DNA of 64,000 bases from Lentisphaerota bacterium (GCA_021413965.1 JAIOPI010000019.1:4585-68584), one strand, 5' to 3'; counted from the stretch's first letter, positions 9,991 to 20,037 are shown. Notes: generated by a model from the sequence alone, not told the origin. Translations and numbers: made by a program.

Positions 9991-9998
9991 GGCCCGCC

Positions 9999-11327
9999 AT
10001 GCCCATCGCCTTGCAGATTTGCGGCGCGACGGTCGTGACGCCTGCGAGCGTGGCGGTGCGAGATCTCTACGTCGAAAACGGCCAGTTCGTGGACGGCCCC
10101 GCGCCGGCGCGCGTTCAGATCGATGCGCGTGGGCTGTTGGCGCTGCCCGGCCTGATCGATTCCCATCTGCATTTCAATGACCCCGGTCGCGCGGATTGGG
10201 AAGGCATCGCCACGGGTTCGGCCGCGCTGGCGGCCGGGGGCGGCACCTGCTTCTTCGACATGCCGCTCAACAGCTCCCCGCCCACGCTCGATGGCCCCAG
10301 CTTTGATCTCAAGCTGGCCGCCGCGCAGGCGGCGGCCGTGACGGATTTCGGATTATGGGGCGGCCTGACACCGGCGAACCTGGACCGGATGGAAGAACTC
10401 GCCGTGCGCGGCGTTGTCGGCTTCAAGGCCTTCATGTGCCCGAGCGGAATTCCGGATTTTCAATGGGCCGATGAGGCGACCCTGCGGCGCGGCATGGCGC
10501 GGGCGGCGCGCCTGAAGCGGCCCGTGGCGGTACACGCCGAGAGCCCGACGCTGACGGCGCGGCTGACGGCCGAGATCCGCGCGCGGGGCGGCCGTGCGGT
10601 CGCGGACTACCTGGCGTCGCGTCCGCCTGAAGCCGAATGGGAGGCGATTGAGCAGATCACCGGGCTGGCGCGCGAGACCGGGTGCCGGCTGCACATCGTG
10701 CACGTGAGCACGTCGCGCGGCGTGGACCTGGTGCAGCGTGCTGCCGCGGATGGCGTGGATGTGACCTGCGAGACGTGCCCGCATTATCTGGCGCTGAACG
10801 CGGATGACATGATGCGGTTGGGGCCGCGGGCGAAGTGCGCGCCGCCCTTGCGACCGGCGGCGGAATGCGAGGCGCTGTGGCGCGATCTGCGGGAGGGGCG
10901 CATCGCCTTCGTGGCGTCGGACCATTCCCCCTCCCCGGCCTCCATGAAGGCGTCGACGGACGTCTTCGAGAACTGGGGTGGGATTGCGGGCGTGCAGTCA
11001 ACGCTGGCGATCGTGATGAGCCACGAGCCGGCGCTGCCGGTCGAGGCGATCGCGGGGCTGACGGCGACCCGGGTGGCGGATCGCTATCGACTCGTGCGCA
11101 AGGGGCGGATCGCCACCGGCTGCGATGCGGATCTCGTGCTCATCGAACCGGGTGCGATGTGGACGCTGCGGCGTGAGGACTTGCTCGACCGCCACAAGCT
11201 CAGCCCCTACGCGGGCCTCCGTTTCCGCGGCCGCGTGCGCCGGACGATCATGCGCGGGCAGACGGTCTGCGTGGACGGCCGCATCGTGGCGCCGGCTTGC
11301 GGGCGGCTTGTGACGCCGGCGATGTGA
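9999..11327 (+). CDS. allB: Allantoinase
   Basis: PGLIDSHLHFNDPG, DMPLNS, VHAE, ETCPHYL, KCAPPLR and SDHSP motifs. Confidence 0.92.
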   Translation: MPIALQICGATVVTPASVAVRDLYVENGQFVDGPAPARVQIDARGLLALPGLIDSHLHFNDPGRADWEGIATGSAALAAGGGTCFFDMPLNSSPPTLDGPSFDLKLAAAQAAAVTDFGLWGGLTPANLDRMEELAVRGVVGFKAFMCPSGIPDFQWADEATLRRGMARAARLKRPVAVHAESPTLTARLTAEIRARGGRAVADYLASRPPEAEWEAIEQITGLARETGCRLHIVHVSTSRGVDLVQRAAADGVDVTCETCPHYLALNADDMMRLGPRAKCAPPLRPAAECEALWRDLREGRIAFVASDHSPSPASMKASTDVFENWGGIAGVQSTLAIVMSHEPALPVEAIAGLTATRVADRYRLVRKGRIATGCDADLVLIEPGAMWTLRREDLLDRHKLSPYAGLRFRGRVRRTIMRGQTVCVDGRIVAPACGRLVTPAM

Positions 11328-11363
11328 CCGGCGTGGAAGGCATAGAAGGCGCCGGCGCAGCCC

Positions 11364-12389
11364 CTATGCAATGACCCCGCCCAGCTGACCGCAGGCCGCC
11401 ATGACGTTGCGGCCGCGGGGGTGGCGGCGGCGGACGAAGAGGCCTTGCGCGACCAGCGCGTCGCAGAACTGGTCGACGCGGGCGCGGTCGGGCGTGACGA
11501 AGAGGCGCGAGCTGCCGCCATTATAAGGGATGACGTTCACGCGCACGGGCAAGCCGGCCAGGTAGCGGGCGAGTGCTTCCGCGTGTTCCGGGCTGTCGTT
11601 CACTCCGGCCAGCTGCACGTACTCAATAAAGAAAACGCCGCGGCGAGGCAGAGGAAAGGCCAGCAAGGCGTCTTTCAGGCGTGCGAGCGGGTAGCGCACG
11701 TTCAGGGGCACGAGCTGGTTGCGCAACGCATCGTTCGCCGCATGGATGGAGACCGCCAGGCGCAGATTCGGCAGGCGCTCCGCCGCGAGCCGCCGCAGGC
11801 CGTCGACGTGCCCCGCGGTGGACACCGTCATGTGGCTGCAGGCAAGGTTCAGCCCGCGCTGGTCGGCCATCACGCGTACGGCCTGGATGACAGGCTCGAC
11901 ATTATCCAGCGGCTCCCCCATGCCCATGAAGACGATGTTGTTCACGGGGCGCTTCAGCACGAACCGCGCGGCATAGAGCTGCCACACGATCTCCTCGACC
12001 TGCAGATGGCGGCGCAAGCCCATCTGGCCGGTGACGCAGAATTTGCAACCCATCCGGCAGCCGACCTGCGAGGACACGCACAGCGTCGTGCGACCTTTAT
12101 CCGGAATCAGGACGGATTCGATCGTTTCGCCGTCGGCCAGCGTGGTGATGAACTTGAGCACGCTGCCGTCGTCATGCTGAGCCGAGATGCGGCAGTCTGG
12201 AAAGCGCAAGTCGGCGGCAAGCTGGGCTGCAAGGGTGGGTGCATCCGCGAACTCGGGAGATTCGGCGCAGGTTCTGCGGCCGAGCTTGAACACGTCACGG
12301 TACAGGGCCCGGGCGTGGTAATGACCCTTGCCGTGGAGCCGGTCCAGCTCAGCGGCCAGATCCTTGCAGGTTAAGGAGAGGATGTTCAT
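11364..12389 (-). CDS. rlmN: RlmN-family radical SAM RNA methyltransferase
   Basis: CVSSQVGCRMGCKFC, MGMGEP and AACGQL motifs. Confidence 0.9.
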   Translation of the reverse strand: MNILSLTCKDLAAELDRLHGKGHYHARALYRDVFKLGRRTCAESPEFADAPTLAAQLAADLRFPDCRISAQHDDGSVLKFITTLADGETIESVLIPDKGRTTLCVSSQVGCRMGCKFCVTGQMGLRRHLQVEEIVWQLYAARFVLKRPVNNIVFMGMGEPLDNVEPVIQAVRVMADQRGLNLACSHMTVSTAGHVDGLRRLAAERLPNLRLAVSIHAANDALRNQLVPLNVRYPLARLKDALLAFPLPRRGVFFIEYVQLAGVNDSPEHAEALARYLAGLPVRVNVIPYNGGSSRLFVTPDRARVDQFCDALVAQGLFVRRRHPRGRNVMAACGQLGGVIA

Positions 12390-12784
12390 GGGCGACGCTG
12401 CGTTGTGGGGCGAGGGTGGTCAGGATCCCGTTGCTCAGGTTTCAACAGAGTAGCGGATGGCGATATCGGCGTCGACCGCGGTTCGTCGTTGCAGGAGGCA
12501 CCCGACCGGTGGCGGGGACCGCCAGCTTCAGGTCGGCCGGTAAATTGAACACCAAAGGGTTGAGAGATAGGGCGATGAGGCCCTTTGGTCGTGAAGTGGG
12601 TGTGGTTTTTAGATAAGCAAAGCTAATCAAGACAAAACAGGAACCAAGTTGAATGATTTGTTGTTGATCACATGTCCGAATTGTGTGATCGTCTGCAAAG
12701 TTGATTTCTGCATTCGGTCGTTGTTGTCGTTTTTACAGGTGAAGTTTAAGAATCGTTTTCGTCCGCAACAGATAGGAGTTCGGT

Positions 12785-14512
12785 ATGGCTAAAAAATCGA
12801 TAACAGGCGCGGATGCGTTGGTGAAGTGCCTGGAGAATCATGGCGTGGAGTACATCTGGGGGTTGTCGGGGGGCGCGGCCCTGCCGATTTTCGATGCCTT
12901 GGTGGACTCCAAGATCAAGCTGATCCTGGTGCGGCACGAGCAGGGTGCGTCCCATATGGCGGACGGCTATGCCCGCGCCACGGGCCGGCCTGGCGTGGTC
13001 CTGGTGACCAGCGGTCCCGGCGCCACCAATACGCTGACCGGCATCATGACGGCCCACATGGATTCCGTGCCCATGATCGTGATCACCGGCCAGCAGATCC
13101 GGCCGATGCTTGGCAAGGATGCCTTCCAGGAGGCGGACATCTTCGACATCTCCATGCCGATCGTGAAGCACAGCTATCTCGTGAAGGACACCCGCGACAT
13201 TGCGCGCGTGGTGCGCGAGGCCTTTCACATCGCGTCCACCGGCCGGCCCGGTCCGGTGTTGATCGACGTGCCCAAGGATGTGAGTTCGGCCGACTTCACG
13301 GGCGATTTGTATCCGGATATGGACCTGCCGGGCTATCACCCGGAGCGTGCCACGGTGGATCAGCCCACGGTGATGGCGATTGCCGAGGCCTTGAGCAAAT
13401 CGCGCCAGCCCGTGTTGCTGGCCGGCCACGGGGCGCTGATCGCGGGCGCCCAGGACGTGTTGCGCGCGCTGGCCGAGAAAATCAAGGCGCCGGTGACCAC
13501 CACCCTGCTCGGCAAGGGCGTGTTCCCGGAAAACCATCCGCTGTCGCTTGGCATGCTGGGCATGCACGGCACCGCCTATGCCAACAAGGCCATGGTCGAG
13601 TGCGACCTGATCATGTCCATCGGCTCCCGGTATGACGACCGGATCATCGGCAAGGCGGCCCTGTTCGGCCGCAACGCCGTGCGCATCCACATCGACATCG
13701 ACAGCGCCGAGTTCGGCCGCATGATCAAGTGCCATCACTACTGCCATGGTGACGCCCGCGCCGTGCTGACGGAACTGATCAAGCACGTGGGCGAGCTCAA
13801 CACCAAGGACTGGCTGGAGCACCTCAACGGCTACAAGAAAAAGCATCCGCTGTCCTACAAAACGCGCGGCGGCCTCAAGATGCAGCATATTCTCGACGTG
13901 TTGAACGACATGACGGGCGGTGATGCCATCATCACGACCGACGTGGGCCAGCACCAGATGTGGGCGGCGCAGTTCTGCAAGACGATCAAGCCCAACACCT
14001 GGCTGACCTCGGGCGGCGCCGGCACGATGGGCTACGGATTCCCGGCGGCGATCGGTGCGCAGTTCGGCAATCCCGACAAGGAAGTGTGGGCGATCGTGGG
14101 CGACGGTGGATTCCAAATGACGTTGTGTGAACTGGCCACGGCGGCCATCAACAAGCTGCCGGTGAAGGTGCTCGTGCTCAACAATCGCTACCTGGGCATG
14201 GTGCGGCAGTGGCAGGAGCTGTTCTTCGACAAGCGCGAAAGCGGTGTGGATCTGGTGGGCAACCCGGACTTCGCCAAGCTGGCGGAGGCCTACCCGGGCG
14301 CCAAGGGGTTGACCCTCAAGCGCGCGGCCGACATCCGCAAGGTGCTGCAGCGCGCCCGCGACTACAAGGCTGGCCCCTGCGTCATCAACTGTCTCGTGGA
14401 GAAAGCCGATAACGTGTTCCCCATGATTCCGGCGGGCGCGGCGCTCGAGGACATGCTGATCGAGGCGCCCAAGCCGCACGTGAAGCTGGCCAAGCCGACG
14501 GGGTCCACCTGA
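12785..14512 (+). CDS. ilvB: Acetolactate synthase large subunit
   Basis: RHEQGA, TSGPGATN, DAFQEAD, TDVGQHQMW and GDGGFQM...NN TPP motif. Confidence 0.96.
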   Translation: MAKKSITGADALVKCLENHGVEYIWGLSGGAALPIFDALVDSKIKLILVRHEQGASHMADGYARATGRPGVVLVTSGPGATNTLTGIMTAHMDSVPMIVITGQQIRPMLGKDAFQEADIFDISMPIVKHSYLVKDTRDIARVVREAFHIASTGRPGPVLIDVPKDVSSADFTGDLYPDMDLPGYHPERATVDQPTVMAIAEALSKSRQPVLLAGHGALIAGAQDVLRALAEKIKAPVTTTLLGKGVFPENHPLSLGMLGMHGTAYANKAMVECDLIMSIGSRYDDRIIGKAALFGRNAVRIHIDIDSAEFGRMIKCHHYCHGDARAVLTELIKHVGELNTKDWLEHLNGYKKKHPLSYKTRGGLKMQHILDVLNDMTGGDAIITTDVGQHQMWAAQFCKTIKPNTWLTSGGAGTMGYGFPAAIGAQFGNPDKEVWAIVGDGGFQMTLCELATAAINKLPVKVLVLNNRYLGMVRQWQELFFDKRESGVDLVGNPDFAKLAEAYPGAKGLTLKRAADIRKVLQRARDYKAGPCVINCLVEKADNVFPMIPAGAALEDMLIEAPKPHVKLAKPTGST

Positions 14513-14544
14513 ACGACGCGTGGCGATAAGAAGGAAGACAACCG

Positions 14545-15054
14545 ATGACAACGATTCTGACGGAAACGGATACCCACACGCTCAGCGTGTACGTGGCCAA
14601 CAAGCCCGGCGTGCTGGCCCGCATTGCGCAGGTGTTCGCGCGCCGCGGCTACAACATCGATTCGCTGACGGTCTCCCCGTCAGTGGATGGGCGTTACTCG
14701 CGCATGACCATCACCGCCAAGGGGTCGGTGGAGGGGCTGGACCAGATCCTGCGCCAGGTGTCGAAGCTCGTGGACGTGCTGCGCTGCACCGATCACTCGC
14801 TGGACGAGGCCGTGGTGCGCGAGATGGCGCTGATCAAGTTCACGACCAAGGCTGGCGAGCGCACGGAAGCGCTGCAGATCTGCGAGCACTTCGGGTGCAA
14901 GACGGTGGACCTGACCGAGGATTCCATGATCGTCCAGATCACGGGCGGCTCGGAGAAGCTCGAGGCCTGCATCGACATGCTGGGCAAGTTCGGCATTGTC
15001 GAACTGGTGCGCACGGGCAAAGTCCTGATGGCGCGCGGCCGGCAAGAGACGTAA
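14545..15054 (+). CDS. ilvN: Acetolactate synthase small subunit
   Basis: NKPGVLARIAQVFARRGYNIDSL ACT domain; ELVRTG. Confidence 0.95.
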   Translation: MTTILTETDTHTLSVYVANKPGVLARIAQVFARRGYNIDSLTVSPSVDGRYSRMTITAKGSVEGLDQILRQVSKLVDVLRCTDHSLDEAVVREMALIKFTTKAGERTEALQICEHFGCKTVDLTEDSMIVQITGGSEKLEACIDMLGKFGIVELVRTGKVLMARGRQET

Positions 15055-15073
15055 GCTGCTGGTTTATGCGAAC

Positions 15074-15155
15074 AAGGTGGGCCGCGACCTCCGGGTGCGG
15101 CTCAGGCGTGGCGTTTGTCCCGCGGCGCCCGCGTTCGGCGGTCGCGGCTCACCTT
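15074..15155. repeat. 16-bp inverted repeat (REP-like/stem-loop)
   Basis: AAGGTGGGCCGCGACC (15074-15089) versus GGTCGCGGCTCACCTT (15140-15155), one G-U pair. Confidence 0.55.
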
Positions 15156-15174
15156 AACCAGAGGCGGAACGTCT

Positions 15175-16173
15175 ATGCTATTAAACGATGCGCAGATCCG
15201 GGCTTTCGCGCTCGGGGTCGACCGGGTGGACACGCTGGCGGATGGATGGCGGCTGCATCGCATGCCGTCCGCGCTCGAGGCGCTGTATCATGCCAACGCG
15301 GATGCCGCGGCGCGGGCCAACTGCACCACCGGCGTGCGGCTGCGCTTCCTGACTGACTCGCGCCACATCCGGGTGACCCTGCGCTACGGCGTGCCGACGC
15401 GGTGGTATTTTGCGGGTGCCATCAGCATCGACCGCGATCGCATCGACACCTTTGGCCCCGTGAGCCGGCAGGAGGTCTGGTCGGGGCTTGCCTTTCAGCA
15501 GGATGAACGCATTCCGCACCAGATCGACCTCTGGCTGCCGCACCTGTGTGGCGCCGAGATCCTGCGCGTGGACCTCGAGGATGGCTGCCGGCTGGAGGCC
15601 GCACCCCGCCCGGTGCTGGACTGGGTCGCCTACGGGGACTCGATCACCCAGGGCATGAACGCCTCGCTGCCGGTGTTTGCCTGGCCCACGCGCCTCGCGC
15701 GCGAACTGGACGCCAACGTGGTCAACTACGGCGTTGGCGGCGCCACGCTGCGCCCGGAACTGGCGCAGATCCCGACCGGCGGCACGCCCAAGCTGATCAG
15801 TGTCTCCTATGGCGCAAACGACTGGAATGTCGATGTGCCGCTGAAGGATTTTCACCAACGTGCCGTGGCTCTCGTGGACGCCCTGTGCGCCCGCCACGCG
15901 CAAACGCCCATCGTGATCACCACGCCTGTCCCATTTTTCCGCGCCACCCGCCCCAACGGGCAGGGTGCCACGCTGGACGACTTCCGTGCCGCCCTGGAGG
16001 CTGCCGGGAGCGGGCGCGCCCAGGTGCACGTCGTGCGCGGCACGGACCTCGTGGCCGCCGACCACAACTTCTTCAATGACTGGTCCCACCCGAACGACAA
16101 CGGCATGCGCGAGATCGCCCAGAACCTGCTGGCCGCATTGCGGACCCGCGGCGTGCTCGTCCAGCAGGCCTGA
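15175..16173 (+). CDS. SGNH/GDSL hydrolase
   Basis: YGDSITQG, GVGG, GAND and DWSHPND blocks. Confidence 0.88.
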   Translation: MLLNDAQIRAFALGVDRVDTLADGWRLHRMPSALEALYHANADAAARANCTTGVRLRFLTDSRHIRVTLRYGVPTRWYFAGAISIDRDRIDTFGPVSRQEVWSGLAFQQDERIPHQIDLWLPHLCGAEILRVDLEDGCRLEAAPRPVLDWVAYGDSITQGMNASLPVFAWPTRLARELDANVVNYGVGGATLRPELAQIPTGGTPKLISVSYGANDWNVDVPLKDFHQRAVALVDALCARHAQTPIVITTPVPFFRATRPNGQGATLDDFRAALEAAGSGRAQVHVVRGTDLVAADHNFFNDWSHPNDNGMREIAQNLLAALRTRGVLVQQA

Positions 16174-16319
16174 CCCAGGATTCCGCGCGTCCGCGTGCGG
16201 CCAGACAGGCGACCCAGGTCGGCGCGACAAAGGCCTGGTTGGTCTCGGCGGCTTCGGGCAGCTGGCGCCGTTCCTGCCTGTCCCCCGCCTTCGGACGATG
16301 GCTGGCCGCGACTTCCCCA

Positions 16320-16349
16320 TTGCCAGCGTTTGGTCGTGCGGGGTAACGT
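16320..16349 (+). promoter_or_regulatory. Possible sigma70 promoter for the ThyX-like gene
   Basis: TTGCCA-18 nt-TAACGT. Confidence 0.4.
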
Positions 16350-16361
16350 GCAGGCAACACG

Positions 16362-17780
16362 ATGAAAGTCACCCAGGTTTCTTTGCGCCCGACCGAGGCC
16401 GCCGCGGCGGCGGGCGCTCCGGCGTTGACGCCGGAGTTGCTGGCGGCCACGGGCGCGCGCTATTCGCGCAATAACGAGGGCCTGTCGGACATCCTGGCCA
16501 AGATCGACCCGGCGAATCTGGACAAGTCCGTCGATGCCATCTTCCGCATGATCGACTACGGGCACCAGTCGATCGCCGACATGGCGCCGGTGGCGATGTT
16601 CCTGGACGGGATTTCGCAGTGGCTGGCGTTTTATGTCTGGAACCTGTCGCCGGCGGCGAGCGGCCAGGAATCCTCGACCCGCTACATCCAGATGAACGTG
16701 GACGCAGTGCCGGACCCGGCGCTGCTCGGCATTCCCTCGGCGCACCAGGGCGAATGGCATCGGACCGTGACCGCCTGCTTTGCGACGTACCAGGCGGCGC
16801 TCGAGCGCTGGCAAGGATTGGCGGATGCACACCCCGAGGTCATGCGCATTCCGCGCGACCTGCTGGAGGACACCGCCTCGGCCAGCCAGAAGAAGGTGGC
16901 GCGCCTGCGCCGCAACTACGCGTTCGACCGGGCGCGCTATTTCCTGCCGTTTGCCTCCGCCACCAACGTCATGATGCTCATGTCCGCGCGCGGCTGGGTC
17001 CAGCTCTGCCAGCACCTCTGCGCGCATCCGCTTCCCGAGGCCAATGCGCTTGGCGATGCGATTCGCGGGCAACTCGCGCTGTGCACGCCGCGGCTCATCA
17101 AGCACGCCTCGGCGAAAGCCTCCATGCGCGGTGGCATCGCGGTGGCCTTCGATGCTTTGCGTTGCCGAGCCGGCATGGGACTGCCCGCCACCCTGGCGCC
17201 CTTCGCGGCGGACTCGGCGGCCCCGCCTACCGCACACGTCACGGTGACGCCGCCGGAGGGCTGCACCGGCGCGCGCTATGCGGCCGATCTGAGCTTGCAC
17301 GACAACCGGTACGCGTGGATCGGCGACGGGTTGCGGCGCACGGCGGTGCGTTTTGCCTGGGAGGCGGTGACGCTTGCGGAGATCCGCGACCTCAACCGCC
17401 ACCGCACGGGGAACCGCCATTGCGAGGTGATCCCGGTTGGCTTCTATGCGGCCCTCGACGAACTGCCCGCGCAGGCCGATGCCGACACGGCGGCGGCGCT
17501 GCGGCGCTTGAGCGACGTCGGACGTGCCGCCACGGCCCGCGCCCACGCCCTGCTGGCGGCCGGCGACCCGAGCTACGTCTACTGGCTGCCCATGGGTGCG
17601 CAATGCTTTTTCGAACACCTGACCACGGCGGACAAGTTCGTCTATGAGGCCGAGCTTCGCACCGGCCAGGGGGCGCACTACCGCTACGCCCGCCACCTGC
17701 ACGATGCGCTCGCGATCTGGTACACGCAGTTTCCCGAAACCCGCAACCTGATACTGGAAGGCACCGCCGAACCGGAGTGA
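16362..17780 (+). CDS. FAD-dependent thymidylate synthase-like protein (long ThyX/Thy1 form)
   Basis: ARYSR, YGHQSIAD, QESSTRY, FDRARYFLP and RDLNRHR motifs. Confidence 0.75.
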   Translation: MKVTQVSLRPTEAAAAAGAPALTPELLAATGARYSRNNEGLSDILAKIDPANLDKSVDAIFRMIDYGHQSIADMAPVAMFLDGISQWLAFYVWNLSPAASGQESSTRYIQMNVDAVPDPALLGIPSAHQGEWHRTVTACFATYQAALERWQGLADAHPEVMRIPRDLLEDTASASQKKVARLRRNYAFDRARYFLPFASATNVMMLMSARGWVQLCQHLCAHPLPEANALGDAIRGQLALCTPRLIKHASAKASMRGGIAVAFDALRCRAGMGLPATLAPFAADSAAPPTAHVTVTPPEGCTGARYAADLSLHDNRYAWIGDGLRRTAVRFAWEAVTLAEIRDLNRHRTGNRHCEVIPVGFYAALDELPAQADADTAAALRRLSDVGRAATARAHALLAAGDPSYVYWLPMGAQCFFEHLTTADKFVYEAELRTGQGAHYRYARHLHDALAIWYTQFPETRNLILEGTAEPE

Positions 17781-17790
17781 AGCACCCCAC

Positions 17791-18561
17791 ATGAAACTCA
17801 GCCAGATCGCCGCGCAGTTGTACACCCTCCGCAATTGCTGCAAGACCCCTGCCGACACCGCCGCCACGCTGAAGAAGGTGCGGGCCATCGGGTATCCGGC
17901 CGTGCAGGTCAGCGGCGTCTGTGCCATGCCCGAGGCGGACCTGGCCGCCATGATTCGCGATGCCGGCCTGGTGTGCTGTGCGACGCACGAGTCCGGCGAC
18001 TCCATTCTGAACCAGCCCGCGCAGGTGGCCGCGCGGCTCAAGGCGCTGGGATGCCGCATCACGGCCTACCCCTGGCCGGGAGGCATCGATTTCAACACGC
18101 TGGAGAGCGTGAAAGCGTTTGCGGCGCGCCTCAACGCGTCCGGCAAGGTCCTGGCGGACGCGGGCTGCGTGCTGTGCTACCACAACCACCACATTGAGTT
18201 CCGCCGGGTCGGCGGGCGGGCCGTGCTGGACATCCTGTATGCCGAGACCGACCCGCGCTACCTGCAGGGCGAGCCGGATACGTACTGGGTGCAGAACGGC
18301 GGCGGTGATCCCGTGGCCTGGTGCCGCAAGCTCAAGGGCCGCCTCCCGATTATTCACCTCAAGGACTACGTGGTGAACGCGAAGAACGAGGTCATGTTCA
18401 CGGAGGTGGGCAATGGCAATCTCGCGTGGCCCCAGATCCTCGCCGCCGCGGACGATGCCGGGTGCGAATGGTTCTGCGTCGAGCAGGACACCTGCCCGGG
18501 CGACCCGTTCGACTCGCTGCGCCAAAGCTACGAGTTCCTGCGCCCGCTCGCCAAGGGCTGA
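17791..18561 (+). CDS. Sugar phosphate isomerase/epimerase (TIM barrel)
   Basis: QLYTLR, YHNHHIEF, EPDTYWV, HLKD and VEQD motifs. Confidence 0.88.
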   Translation: MKLSQIAAQLYTLRNCCKTPADTAATLKKVRAIGYPAVQVSGVCAMPEADLAAMIRDAGLVCCATHESGDSILNQPAQVAARLKALGCRITAYPWPGGIDFNTLESVKAFAARLNASGKVLADAGCVLCYHNHHIEFRRVGGRAVLDILYAETDPRYLQGEPDTYWVQNGGGDPVAWCRKLKGRLPIIHLKDYVVNAKNEVMFTEVGNGNLAWPQILAAADDAGCEWFCVEQDTCPGDPFDSLRQSYEFLRPLAKG

Positions 18562-18570
18562 GCGCCGGCC

Positions 18571-18607
18571 CGCCGGGCGGATCGGGGGGGGCGCGGTCCG
18601 CCCGGCG
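18571..18607. terminator. GC-rich hairpin between convergent genes
   Basis: CGCCGGGCGGATCG ... CGGTCCGCCCGGCG; no U-tract. Confidence 0.5.
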
Positions 18608-18615
18608 CGCCTGCC

Positions 18616-19938
18616 TTACGCGTCCCACAGGTGCTGGCGCGTTTCGGCCACGAGCACGCCGCTCAGCGCGAGCAGCGAGATCAGGTTGGGAATGGCCATC
18701 AGGGCATTGGCGACGTCCGCGAAGGACCATACCGTCGGCAGCGTGGTCACGGAACCGGCCATGACGGCCACCACCCACAGCCAGCGATACGGCGCGATCG
18801 CGCGCACGCCGAACAGATACTCGGCGGCCTTCTCGCCGTAGTACGACCAGCCGAGGATCGTGGAGAACACGAACGTCAGCAGCCCGACCGTGAGCACCAC
18901 GGGGCCGATGCCGGGCACCTCGCCGAACGCGGCCTTGGTGAGGGCCGCGCCGTTCAGGCCCTGGGTCCAGTCTCCCGAGTTTACCAGCATGATGCCGGTG
19001 ATGGCGCAGACGACCACGGTATCCCAGAACACGCCGGTGGAGGACACCAGCGCCTGGCGCACGGCATTCCTGGTCTGTGCGGCGGCGGCCACGATCGGGG
19101 CGCTGCCCATGCCGGCCTCGTTCGAGAACAGGCCGCGGGCGATGCCATAGCGCATGGCCTCGCGCATGCCCACGCCGAGGAAGCCGCCCACCGCGGCGTG
19201 CCCGGTGAACGCGCTCGAGAAGATCAGCCGGATGGCGTCCGGGATGGTTTCCCACTTGAGCGCCAGCAGGACCAGGCAGCCGAGCACGTAGAAGATGGCC
19301 ATGAAGGGGACGAGCTTCTCGCAGACGCGGGCGATCGAGCGGATGCCGCCCAGAATGACCACGGCCGTGACGGCGGTCAGGACGAGGCCCGTGATCCACG
19401 GCGCAATGCCCGCGGTTTCCTTGACGAGCGTGGCGATGGAATTGGCCTGCACCATGTTGCCGATGCCGAATGCCGCCACGGCGGTGAAGGCGGCGAAGAG
19501 CACGCCCAGCCAGCGGCATTTCAGGCCGCGCTCGAGCACATACATGGGACCGCCCGCCATGGTGCCGGCCGGCGTCGTGATGCGGTATTTGACGGCCAGC
19601 AGCGCCTCGCCGTATTTCGTCGCGATGCCGAAGACGCCGGTCAGCCACATCCACAGCACCGCGCCGGGGCCGCCGGCGGCGATGGCGGTGGCAACGCCGA
19701 CGATGTTGCCCGTTCCGATGGTGGCGGCGAGGGCGGTGGTAAGCGCGCCGAAGTGGCTGACATCCCCCTCGCCTTCGCGCGTGCGCTCGAGCGAGAGCCG
19801 GATCGCCCGCCCGATGTAGCGCTGGATGAAACGCAGGCGGATGGTGAGGAAGAGATGCGTGCCGAACAGCAGGCACAGCATCGGCGGTCCCCAGACAAGG
19901 TTGCTCAACGACACCAGCAGCGCTTCGAACGTCTCCAT
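18616..19938 (-). CDS. Sodium:alanine symporter (AGCS family)
   Basis: ATIGTGNIVGVA, GGPGA, GGPMY, RGLFSNEAGMGS and MAIPNL motifs. Confidence 0.93.
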   Translation of the reverse strand: METFEALLVSLSNLVWGPPMLCLLFGTHLFLTIRLRFIQRYIGRAIRLSLERTREGEGDVSHFGALTTALAATIGTGNIVGVATAIAAGGPGAVLWMWLTGVFGIATKYGEALLAVKYRITTPAGTMAGGPMYVLERGLKCRWLGVLFAAFTAVAAFGIGNMVQANSIATLVKETAGIAPWITGLVLTAVTAVVILGGIRSIARVCEKLVPFMAIFYVLGCLVLLALKWETIPDAIRLIFSSAFTGHAAVGGFLGVGMREAMRYGIARGLFSNEAGMGSAPIVAAAAQTRNAVRQALVSSTGVFWDTVVVCAITGIMLVNSGDWTQGLNGAALTKAAFGEVPGIGPVVLTVGLLTFVFSTILGWSYYGEKAAEYLFGVRAIAPYRWLWVVAVMAGSVTTLPTVWSFADVANALMAIPNLISLLALSGVLVAETRQHLWDA

Positions 19939-20037
19939 GTACCCCCCCCTCGCGTGATGCGCGGCACTCTAGGGGATTTGTGCGCGCGTGGCCAGCTTCC
20001 GCGCAGGCGCACGTGGGGTCATCCCGGGAGGGTGCCT

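Noticed and set aside
12490-12540. Possible Moco-type riboswitch upstream of rlmN (GCCTCC element on the minus strand)
   Set aside because: Other conserved elements were not found and the downstream gene is unrelated; an Infernal search would be needed.
12746-14551. 601-aa ORF antisense to ilvB, and similar long antisense ORFs (18631-21522, 27472-29550, 54948-58127, 58251-60527)
   Set aside because: Shadow ORFs expected from high-GC codon bias; no protein motifs, and the opposite strand holds clear genes.
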